Source: Zygnema circumcarinatum SAG 698-1b (taxonomy: Eukaryota > Plantae > Zygnematophyceae). From it: a stretch of DNA of 64,000 nt. Both the position numbers and the translations under genes were made by a program. The stretch spans positions 186,001 through 250,000 of the forward strand of contig CM074819.1 in the NCBI GenBank assembly GCA_037447605.1. The letters run 5' to 3'. The stretch's first letter is position 1. Every line of letters begins with the position of its first letter. This document shows positions 1 to 10,984 of this stretch, piece after piece. The notes beneath the pieces are model-generated. The model was not told the DNA's origin. It saw nothing but the letters and a program-made list of their open reading frames with translations, and searched no databases.

Positions 1-3000
1 GCCGATCTCCATGGGGCTGGAACACGGCCTAGCATCCTCCATTCGAAAACGGGCAAGCACATCTGAAGCATACTTCCTTTGACATAGAAACAAGCTTCCA
101 TCCTGCCCCCTCTTCAGCTGCATTCCCAGCAGATACTGCGCCTCTCCCAGATCTGACATTTTGAAATTTGCCTGAAGCAATTCCTTCAAAGATCTGATTC
201 TTTCAAGGGAGAGGCTCACCATGATGAGATCGTCGACATAGATCCCAACGAACATGATGTCTGCCCCCTCTCCTTGACGGTACACTGAATGACCTGTCTC
301 AAACCGAGCAAAATCATTCCTCTCAAAAGATAGTCAATCTTTTCGTACCACACTCTCGGCGCCTGATTCAAGCCGTACAGGCTCTTCACCAGTCGACAGA
401 CTAGGTGCTCCTTCCCGGGGACGACCTTCCCCTCCGGCTGCTCCATGTAAATCTCTTCCGTGAGATCACCATACAGAAATGCCGTCTTGATGTCCAATTG
501 ATGGACGTGCATTCCTTCAGCCGCTGCAATGGAAATCAAGGCTCTCAGGGAATTGAACTTTACCACTGGAGCGAACGTCTCCATGTAGTCAATCCCATAC
601 TGCTGGCCGTATCCTTTCGCCACTAACCGCGCCTTGTACCTATCCGCTTCCGGCTGCCTTCCTCTTGACTTTAGGAGCCACTTGCAGCCGATGGCTGCGC
701 CTCTCCCTTGAGGAAAAACTCCTCCAATCTCCACGTGCGTTCTCGTCCGGGCTGTCCCATTTGGCTTCCCTCAATGTAACCGCCACTTATCGCCATCGAC
801 NCCGTCGTGCGCCTCCTCAAAGGTCTGTGGCTCGGTACTCATGAAACAGTGGGCAACTCCCACAAGGTCAGCTGAATCTGATGGCACTCTCTTGGATCAG
901 ATTGGTACGGTAGAAACGATCTGAGTAGCTCGTGTCTCGGCGCTCCTCGGACTGTCTTAGCACTTCGTCCTCCTGGGTAGAAGTAGAGGTCCGAGAACAA
1001 AACGCCTGGGGGCATGTTATCAAACATTGCCTCCCTCTCGGCCGCTTCAAGATCCTCTGAATCTTGCGCGTGAAGCGGGACCGTCTCCACTGAGTTCTCC
1101 TCTTCACCACTGGAGTGAGTGTGAAGGGGAATCGTCTCCGCTGAACTGTGCGGCTCCTCCGCATGCGCCTCCACGGGCGTCTCTCCATCATCAGCCGGCT
1201 CACTTGTCGCTGCCGCTGGCTCGGCTCCTTCATTTGCCGACGTGCTGGCACCCTGCACAGCACCACCCTTCTCTCCAACTGTTTCTCCCTCCTCGTACAC
1301 GATCTCGAGGTCGGTCTTCGACGGAGGTAAGATCTGAGAGTCTGCAACACGCTCAACCACACTATCTTCATCAACTGTAATGTCTCTCGTCTGGAGAACT
1401 TCCTTCAGTCGAGGGTTCCAAACCCTGTAGGTGCGGCTGCTGGTGTTGTAGCCGAGCACGTAGCCCTCCACGGCTCGGGGGTCGAATTTCTTCTTCTGTC
1501 GCGCCTTGGGCAGTGCAGCCCAGCATCGCGCGCCAAAGGTCCTCAGGTGGGAAACTGTGGGCTTCCTCCACTCCAGATCTGCTCAGGGACCTGGTCTTTC
1601 AGAACAGAAGGCGGACATCTGTTATTCCTAATGTAGCGGCCGTGACGCTACTCCCCAAAAAGGAAGCGAGGAAAGGGGAATCAAACCAACATGGTCACGG
1701 CCATGTCCCCCAATGTCCTATTCACACGTTCAGCTGCTCCATTACTCTGTGGGGAATAGGGGGCTGAGAATTCATGCCTTATACCACGGTTCTTCAGAAA
1801 CGCTGCGAATTCCTTCGATTTGAACTCGCCACCATTGTCCGAACGAAAAGCCTTCAGCTTCAGTCCCGTCTCTGTCTCCGCCTGGTTCAGCCAGTCTCGA
1901 AAGGCTCCGAAAGCCTCTGACTTGTTCTTCAGGAGTGTAATCCAAATCTTCCTCGAATAGTCGTCAAGGAAGGTGACGAAGTACCTCGCTCCGCCACTGG
2001 TCGCCGGTGTAACTGGGCCACACAAGTCAGAATGTACCAGTTCCAACTTCTCTCGCGCTCGATAGGACTCGTCTCCACTCCTCACGAATGGTCTCCTGTG
2101 CGCCTTGCCCTCCACACATTCTCGGCAAACCCCAAGCTCCTTCTCCACTACACCCGGGTCTAGTCCACGGACTAGCCCCCTCTCAGCCAAAAGCTTCATG
2201 CCTCTGTGGTGTAAGTGTCCAAGTCTACGATGCCATACATCTACAGCATTCTCTNNNNNNNNNNCTCTGCCAGCATGAGGTTGCTCTCAACTGCTACCTT
2301 GCAGTCTGAACTCTTGTGACCTCTCTTCTTGCACTTGAAACAAGTGCCGCTGAACGCCTTCTTCTCCTTCTTGCCGGATGAAGTCGCGTTTCCTCCCTTC
2401 TCAGGACTGCCCTTGTTCTTGAAACAGTCGCTGGAGTAGTGGCCGGTCTTGCCACATGTGAAGCATGTCACATTCGAGCGTTCTCCTCGGGCAGACTTCG
2501 GGGCGCCTCCTCCTCTTCGATTCGGTCGAGTGTGCAACGCGAGCACCTTCTCTTCTTGGCCGCCGACATCCTGAATCGAATCCTCCTCCTTTATCCTACG
2601 CTTAACTTGTTCAAGCGTCATAGAGGTATTGGTCAGAACTGTCCTCAAGGCTGCCACTGAAACTTCGAATCTCCCGGGCAAACCCCCTAGAAACTGGCTT
2701 ATCTTATGGTCTGCATCTAACGGTTTCCCTAAGGCTATGAACCTCTCCATCAATGCATCAAATCTGACCATATAAGCTTCTAGTTTCTCCTCTGAAGTCA
2801 TCTTCATCTTGCCTAGCTGAGTGTAAAGACTGACTATAGTCACATTGTCTGTCACATCATACATCTCCTCTAGACGCTGCATAGCATGAGGGAGGTTTTG
2901 GATCATACGGCGCAGAGGATGGACTTTATAACTACGCTCGCGGCAATGCGTGGGGGGCTTTGTTGTCGCCCAGCCTTCCATAGATGCGGCGCCCGTCGTG

Positions 3001-3180
3001 CTCGACTCTTTGCTCAGCGAGGGCTCAACCCAGAACGCTCCGGCCTTGATGCTGCCATCAACGTACCCAAGCAACCCTTTGCCCACAAGCAAAGGCACCA
3101 ACCTCCATCTCCACGCTTTGTAATCCTGCCCATCGAACGCCGGTATGCTGAACTTGACGTGGTCCTCCGCGTCACCATGA

Positions 3181-3192
3181 GCTCTGATACCA
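3181..3192 (-). promoter_or_regulatory. Primer-binding site complementary to tRNA-iMet
   Basis: The minus strand reads TGGTATCAGAGC, the canonical plant iMet PBS. Confidence 0.9.
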
Positions 3193-3194
3193 CT

Positions 3195-3595
3195 TGTTGG
3201 TGGAGGGACTCCTCCACTGCTGCCGGCTTCTCCACTCGCATCACCTTCCATCGGAGTTCGCGTTCCAATCGATGATGACATTTCCCAAACTCTCACACAT
3301 TCACTCATAGCCCATTTTACTCACAGAGTGAACCTCACAGAGGCATGCACAGCGGAATAGCAGAGAAGGATAGGAGAAACCGCGACAAGGCTTTCCTTAA
3401 TAATGATCATAACACCACAGTTGAGACCCCTCTCCAGCTAGCCCATCATCAAAGCCACTACCTGCAGCACAAGCAAGTGTAGTGTTAAGCAACACGAGCA
3501 ACAGCTTCTCAGAGTCTACAATAGCTACGCTGGTGATCCAGAAGTTAAGATAAACAACCAAACAAAAACAACACACTATATACTATGTCACAACA
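3195..3595 (-). repeat. 5' LTR of copia copy 1 (~400 bp, TGTTG...CAACA)
   Basis: On the minus strand it starts TGTTG (3595) and ends CAACA (3195), followed after 2 nt by the PBS. Confidence 0.8.
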
Positions 3596-4180
3596 TCCGT
3601 GACACTACGTACAACGAAGCTCACAACATCGGCAAGCGGCCCGCAAGGGCCCTATCCCGATCCTCATCCTGCGCCGTCGGATCCTCGTCGGCTCACACGG
3701 ATCCCGTACGTTTCCTCCGTCGGATCGACTCGGCCTCCTAAGCTAATCCGTCTTGTAGGATCGACCCGGCCTCCAAGATTGATGGCCAGCGTCAAACTCA
3801 GCGATAAATGCGCCGCGCCACCGACATCTGTGCCGCTCGTACAATGATGAATGGCGCCCAGGCGGCGCGCGCCAGCGTCAAGTCCGAGTCGTTCAATCAA
3901 AAGGCGGCGCGGCGCGCGTCGGTTCGATTGGCAGCGCGGGTGTAGCTGTCGCGTAATTCTTCAATTCGCTCGCGCTGACGCGTCCGCTGCGTCACTTTCC
4001 GATTGATGGCTGTCGAAAGCACATTCGCACCGACTCGTGGCGCGCGCCTCTTCCACCGACCAAATGTCCGTACCGCCGCCTACTAACTTAGGCGCGCACC
4101 GCCGCCAAGGAAACACACAACACAAACACACAAAACTAATGTTCCAACAAAAGCATGCTAACTATCATACACTAACAACA
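3596..4180 (-). mobile_element. LTR-like segment interrupting the integrase of copia copy 2
   Basis: The copy-2 integrase motif HTDLC is cut off by TGTTGTTAGTGTATGATAGTTAGCATG. This resembles the LTR start at 6192 (TGTTGGTGTAACATAGTTAGCATG). Confidence 0.5.
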
Positions 4181-5690
4181 CAAGTCGGTGTGTACCAAGG
4201 CCAGCAGCTCCTTGGCGTGCTCCACGACAGCTCCACTCCTCACGAATGGGTGCTTATGAATTTTCCCTGCCATGCACGCATCACACACATGCTGTGCATC
4301 CACCTTCTCTGAATCAAGGGTAAGTCCTCTAACCATCCCCTTAGCAAGGTCCTTCAGGCTGCGAAAGCCCAAGTGTCCAAGTCTTCTGTGCCACCGGTCC
4401 AACTCCAAGGGGGACAGCTTGCACACCCTCCCTTCTGGCTTCCAATTTAGAAAATAAAGACCATCTCTTTCGTACCCCTCGAAGAGAGTCTTACCAGTCT
4501 GCATGTGCGTAGCTACACACGCCTTTTCAAGGAAAACGACTTTGTAGCCCTTCTTGCACACTTGACTCACAGACACGAAGTTTGTCTGGAGCCCAGGGGT
4601 GTGAAGCACATTACCGATGGTGGTAGGTGCTGCACCTTGACTGTCCCCTATGCAGATTCTGACTTCTCCTCCTTGGGTCACGACAATGCCGTCCCCTGTC
4701 GCCGACTGAATCGAGCGAGTGGACTGGAGGGTCGTCAGCTCCTGAAACATTGACTCATTCGCACACATGTGTGCTGAAGCTCCGGAGTCGATCAGCCACA
4801 GCCTCACGAGCTCTCCTGCTTGCATCTGGCCCACAAACTCTGCATGCTTACGTTCAGCAAACATCAGACTTGTTTCAACAGCCTCCTCCTTGCAGTCCAC
4901 ACTCTTGTGGCCCTTTTTCTTGCATTTATAGCAGGTTCTAGAGAACTCCTTCTTCTCCTTCTTCTCCTTCTTCGACTTGTCGAGCTTCTTGTTCTTCGAA
5001 TCGCCTCCTCTGTCTTGAGGGGCCTTGCTCCGGCAGTCGGGGGAGTAATGGCCGATCTTGCCACAGTTGAAACACGTTGGTGGAGGGCAATCTCCTCCAC
5101 GGGGGTTCTTCTCCTTGCCTCTCAGCTTGGTCTTAGCTCGCATAGCCAAGACGCTCTCGCTGCCGCTCGACTCATCTTGCAAAGAGTCTTCTTCACGAAT
5201 CCTCTTCTTGACCTGCTCAAACGTCATCTTAGAGTTCACAAGCACGGTCCTGAGTGCAGTAGTCGTGGCCTCGAATCTACTGGGCAGGCCCCCCAAGAAT
5301 TGGCTGACCTTATGATCTGACTCTAAGCCTTTCCCCATGACTACGAATCTGGTCATCAGACTGTCAAACCTGGTCATGTAATCTACCAGCTTCTCATCAG
5401 AGGACATCTTCATTTTTCCCAACTCTGTGTACAAATGAACGATGGTGACACTGTCCCTAGTGTCATACATCTCCTCTAGACACNNNNNNNNNNCACTTCC
5501 TCTATTTCCTCTACCAAGCTCATACTCGGCTGCTACTTCCCACACTACCTCCTTCTTCAAAGCAGCCTCTTCAACGCATGAAGAGTTTGGAAGCAGCTCC
5601 CTCCTCGGCAGTCACTCAGCAACGCCAGCAGTGCCTTGCCGTCCAAAGAGAAGGGGTTCCAATATCCTTCTATCCTACACACTATGTAGT
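4181..5690 (-). mobile_element. Ty1/copia copy 2: gag, protease, GAG-pre-integrase; truncated at the start of integrase
   Basis: ORF 4172-5560 has two CCHC knuckles, protease WLIDSGASAHM, WHRRLGHL and CDACMAGK...LVHTDLC. There is an N-gap at ~5484-5493; the gag N-terminus beyond it is degenerate. Confidence 0.9.
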
Positions 5691-5699
5691 ACAGGATGT

Positions 5700-6192
5700 G
5701 ACGCGACAATGTCACGTCACGGCCGCACTTGCGGGGCCTTGCAACAAGCACTCACAAAACATGAGTCACAGTGACAATGCTCCACCTCCCTTATTTTGTG
5801 GTCCTTACTTAGAAGTGGTCCTACTTGTGGTCCTACTTGTGGTCCCACTTGTGGTCCTATATTATGCGCCTGCTGCCACAAAAGGCTAGATCCGTCGCTG
5901 CCCTCAGGGCGCAGCCTAATGCCTAGCTCAAAATCCCACGTGGACTCCGCCCTCGCTCACGCCAAGCAAGGCGCCGGGCCATTCCTGTATCCGTCCTTAT
6001 TATTGTCCGTGACACGGGTCCCGGGATTTTGAGACGTACTCACCGCGGGTCCTCGCCTGTACACCGCCGCCTCCGCTTGGAGTCGCACGACGCACCGGCC
6101 AAACAGCCCCCTCTTAAACTACATAGAGGCCAGCCCTTAGGAACTCTAGCGCTAACACGAACGTGGAACATGCTAACTATGTTACACCAACA
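5700..6192 (-). repeat. Putative 5' LTR region of copia copy 2, containing a 12-bp tandem repeat (gtggtcctactt x~4)
   Basis: It starts TGTTGG at 6192 and abuts a MITE TIR remnant (aatatgaggactgctgactgta). No intact PBS was found, so the inner boundary is uncertain. Confidence 0.4.
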
Positions 6193-6955
6193 AATATGAG
6201 GACTGCTGACTGTACATCAACAGCCATGCGCCTCCGTACAGAGAGAAACAGTACGCCACAGGCCGGTCTCGAGAAACCACGACCGCCTACCCAACGTTAA
6301 CACGGACTTCCTTCTACTTTCAAATTCCAAGATTTTCGTCCAATATCGGCCGAAACCATGGCAAAAATATTAAATATTAGGGGCGCTTATTGTACGCGAC
6401 GTGACACGGCTACTCCACGCCCCACGACGACATATTATCTTAAGCCGGGCGTTTCCGCGAAGATTCGAAGCTGCTACCTCCTCGCCTCTTCGGCCCAACC
6501 CTATACGCTGATGGCATCGGGCGCATCGTGATACCGTATACCGCACCGTACCGCATTCTCGCTGTAAAAGGGAAGTCGCAGCACGCCAGCCAGCGACGGC
6601 GCCACGGCATGGGTTCGGCCCGACGCTGCGTCAAAGGTTGCCGCCTCAAAAGCTCAAGACGCCGAGGAGGCTCTCTCTCGGCTCGTATGGTCCAGACACG
6701 CCGGACCGACTGCACGTTCACCAAAACAAATGTGGGCACAAATAACAAGCACATGGTGCATGATGCACCATGGTAACTGATGCACTCGCTACACGTATTG
6801 TATTGTATCGTATTGTATTGTATCGCCAAAAAAGCAACACACGTGGATGTTCATCCGCCTATTATTTTGAACGTGGGTGAGATGTGGCATTGATCTCACG
6901 CATGGCGACGATGCCATCACATGCACATGGACAAAATCAGCATGGGGAACGGCTG

Positions 6956-7045
6956 GAGAACTATATACCGCCCCCCTTTTATGGTTATCCCGCCCCTATT
7001 TTTTTTTGAAATCCCACCCTCCCATTTTGGCTATTCTGCCCCCTG
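6956..7045 (+). repeat. Left arm of a ~90-bp inverted repeat pair (partner 15047-15133)
   Basis: gagaactatataccgccccccttt...gaaatcccaccctcccattttggctattctgcccc is nearly the reverse complement of 15047-15133. Confidence 0.8.
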
Positions 7046-7134
7046 TTTTGGGATATCCCCCCCCCCATTTTGGATATTCCCCCCCCCCCCGTTTTCTCTT
7101 CACACATCAGCGCAACGTTCGTGAAGACATTCGC

Positions 7135-7164
7135 AAAGCGAGAGCAAAGCAAGGAGAGAGAAGG

Positions 7165-7198
<34 letters not shown>

Positions 7199-7387
7199 GC
7201 AGAGGAGAGAGACTACAGGAGAGAGAGGAAAGGAGAGAAGAGAGAGAGAGTGAGCATAGGCAATAAAAGAGCAGAGGAGAGAGAGACTAGAGGAGAGAGC
7301 AAAGGAGAGAGCAAAGGAGAGAGAGAAATGAGCAGGAGAGAGCAGAGGAGAAAGACTATGAGAGAGCTGTGCTGGCAGGTATATATG

Positions 7388-7432
<45 letters not shown>
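7135..7432. repeat. Imperfect (GA)n tract followed by a (TA)n microsatellite
   Basis: Read directly from the sequence. Confidence 0.95.
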
Positions 7433-9820
7433 TAAGGCAGGCATAAGGCGGCGGCGTTTTCAAACGCCACAACCACCCTTATGGGTGTGTACTCAGGGCG
7501 CCTCGGGCCCTAGTACTCTCTACCCCCGGCGCGGCCGAAAGTGGCCAAGGCGTCGGGACCACTCTAAAGACCGAAGGGCTCGGATCAACCTTGGCGCAAG
7601 GGGTTGCAAGGGGTCTGACGCGCGCCGTATACCGAGACATATATGCTGGTCAGGCCATGGTGACCACACGCCGGGCCGGAGGGGACCCGGGGCCCTCGGG
7701 GCCGCCACCTCCACCACCTTTCCCCCGGGACGAGGTGATGGAGGAGAACTCGGAGACTGCGGCCACTCCCATGGAGGGGCCCAGTCCCGAGCCCACGGAT
7801 GACCAAGGTCATCCGTGACGCTGCCCTCCTCGCCCACCGGAGCCGCTGGTTCGCAGGTCCAATCATCCCACGACGGGGCCCGCCATCACGGCAAGGCCCC
7901 CAAGCATAGAGTAATCTACCTTTAACCGGAGCGGATGTAAGGGTAAGAATATTGCCGCCACCATGGCCTCAGACGCAGGCAGGTGGACTCCACATGGAGC
8001 TCACGGGTCCGGCCGGACACGCCTCCAAATGTGGAATTCTCGAGCCTTTCTCGGACAGTTCGGAGGATCGAGGAAGGGCGCCCCTCAACCCTCAGCCGCA
8101 GGCAATGGACGCAAGCAGTCCTCGGGAAGGGGTTAGCAACCACCCCTCGTAGCGCCGCTCTGCCCCGACGCTCAAATCGCTGCCTGGGGCAACCGGGTGA
8201 AGTCCGACCCCCTCGTTTTTCCATCGGGTCACTCACTGGTGGCCAACCACCCAGCGGGGACCCCGCCGGGGTGCACGCCGGGCGGAGGGAGATCCCAGCC
8301 TCGGACTGCCCCCTCAAGTAAATCCCACCGGGAGGATGCCCCACGGAATCGGCTGTGCCCCTTCCCTTTTGGGCCAACATCCTACCACCACCGCCTCGGG
8401 ATTGAGCGTTGGTTGGGTCAAACGAAGGGTTACCTTCTGCGCACTAACCGCCCCTCCAAGCAAAGGTAAGCTTTGCTTACTCAAAGACTCGTGAGGAGCC
8501 GCAGATACCGTGTATGAGGGCCCTCTCATGAGATTGGGACGCATTGGGACAAGCCCTCAGATAAACTATCAAACACTTTAAGGCCTTGGGACCCGCTTGA
8601 GGCCCGGATAGTTTCCGTAACATGGTCCAAACCGCAGCGCCAAGGGCCGCGAGACTACACAAGTGGTGCCTCCTCGCATCACCACTCACAAGCCCTCCCG
8701 ACAGCCGAAGCTCTTTTCCATCTCTCAGAATGGCTTGAAGCCACACCCCAGGAAGCAACAAGAACCAACCCACCTGACCAAAACCGCGGGGACCCCCACA
8801 CCTCGGGAGCCGCACTCCCTTGATGTACCATTCAGTTGACACCGCCCCAGGCATGGCCCCTTCCCCACCCCGCCAGGTCGCACGGGCGACGTTATGTGGT
8901 CGGAAGCGGACTCAAATTTCCCGCCAAACCGGGTGAAAGAATGTTTTAAGCGCCGGAAGTGGCCGCTCAGCCTACCCACCGCACGGGCCGCTGTAAATTG
9001 ACTCGTGAGGAAATGGAGAAGATGCAGCGGGAGAACAAGTGTTTCCGCTGCCGCAAGGAGGGGCATAAGGCCCGGGATTGCCCTCTCAACACCAAGGACA
9101 AGAAGGGCAAGGGGCCGGAAAACCCCAACCCACCAGCAGCTTAGGGGTCGTTGCTGGTGGACATGCTAGGCTAGGGGGAGGGAATGGGGCCGCCATCAAG
9201 GATAAAAGACTCTTGTTTCTTAGAACCCCTCGACATTTTGTAACTTGGTGGGCGTGCCTTTGGGGAGTGCAAGATCTCTTTGTGTTTGATGTACCTCTTC
9301 TTCCATTTCTTCGCCACCGTAGTGACTCCCTTCGGTTTATGGATGTAGTGATGAATGGTGATTGGCATGTCTTATCCTCACGTCATGGGCTTATTGATGT
9401 TCATGCAATGTGCCGCTGATGTGCTTTGCATGTCATGGGAAACACCTCCCATGTCCTTGGGCTGCATGTGCTGGTTCCTCAGCACATGGCAATTCGCACC
9501 TTTCCCAACGCCACTTGGCGTTTGGTGAAACAGTTGAGGAAAGGGCACACGTTGGTGCAAGAGATGGAAGGATCCACCAGCTTGCTGGTTGGCTCACCCT
9601 ACACATTGGTGTGGAGGACTCCACTCGTCTCAACCTTCGCGATATAGTGCTATCTATGTTCCACCTGCCCATCGCGGCCATGACCTTCACCGGATCACCA
9701 ATACACACCCGTGCCAGCTTCTAATGCTAGATACTAGGGCGCATGCTGGACTTTAGCTAGTTCTCAAGGCTCAAACCGTGATTTGGTTGACCACGTATCC
9801 CCATTCAAAGTGTTACTGGG

Positions 9821-10984
9821 ATGGACGCAAGGGCTGTGATCTCCGGTAGCGCCACACCAAGATCAAGCTCATTCCTACTCCGGGCAGCCAAGTGTCTTCT
9901 AACACAACTGGCCCCTGGTACTGATGTTATTTTGGGGAGTGCTTGGTTGACCATGGTCAAAGCACAAATGGACTTTTCTGTCCCACATTGCATTCTGCAC
10001 AGTGGTGACAGGCGGCTTAGCCTGCACCCTGGCAGAGCCACATCCGCTGCTATCAAGCAGCCTGCTACTCCTTATCTCTGCTCAGCTATGCAATTGGCCA
10101 AAGCAGTTAAGGAAGGTTGCACCTTGTTCATGGTGCATGTCATGGCAGCCACTGAGGATGTTCATGACGAAGATCAGGAATGGCAGATCACATCTACGGA
10201 TGTGCTCTCGGCCGTTCCACCCAAAATCCAACCTTTGTTGGATGAGTTCAGGGATGTTTTCCCTGACGACCTTCCAAGAGGGTTGCCACCATCTAGAGGA
10301 GTGGGGCACACAATCCCTCTTGAGCCTGAGCAAAAGCCGCCTTGGCGGCCGATCTATCGGTTAAGCCCGAAAGAAACCGAGGAGATGCGAAAGCAGTTGG
10401 CAACTTTACGTGACAAGGGCTGGATAGAACCCAGTCAAAGCCCCTTTGGGGCGCCCATCTTGTTTGTTGGGAAGAAAGATGGCTCGTTGAGGATGTGCAT
10501 TGATTATCGCGCACTCAACAAGATCACCGTAAAGAACCGTTTTGCTTTACCACGTATTGATGATCTGTTGGATCGTCTTCACGGCGCCAGAGTGTTTACT
10601 TCACTCGATCTTGCTCAGGGGTACCATCAGATCCGCGTCACGGAAGCTGATGTGCCAAAAACTGCGTTCCGGACGCCGATTGGTCACTTCCAATATAAGG
10701 TGTTGCCCTTTGGATTGACTAATGCTCCGGCGACTTTCCAGGCTGTGATGAACGAAATGTTCATCGGCATGGACGAGTTTGTTTTGGTTTACCTCGATGA
10801 TATCCTTGTCTTCAGTAAGACAGAGGAGGAACATCTTGAACACGTTCGGAAAGTGCTTGAGACCCTGAGGAAGCACCAATTTTATGCCAAGAGGAAGAAG
10901 TGTCACTTCATGCAACGCGGAGCGTTTTATCTTGGCATATCCTCACGATCAGGGTTCGGACATCCTCGCCAAAGTTCCGGGTAG
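9821..10984 (+). pseudogene. Gypsy pol fragment (protease tail plus reverse transcriptase)
   Basis: Motifs WIEPSQSPFGAPILFVGKKDGSLRMCIDYRALN, LPFGLTNAPATFQ and YLDDILVFS. The frame breaks down after ~10920. Confidence 0.92.

Larger units (their letters stand above)
1..3595 (-). mobile_element. Ty1/copia LTR retrotransposon (copy 1), frameshifted, runs off the left edge of the window
   Basis: Minus-strand order is gag (CCHC knuckles CFTCGKTGHYSSDC, CFKCKKRGHKSSDC; ORF 2241-3308), integrase (VHSDLCGP...FRSDNGGEF...PQSNGAAER; 1681-2199), IN C-terminus (839-1471), RT (KARLVAKGYGQ...QLDIKTAFLYG...KSLYGL; 216-734). Integrase before RT is the copia order. There is an N-gap at ~2255-2264. Confidence 0.95.
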
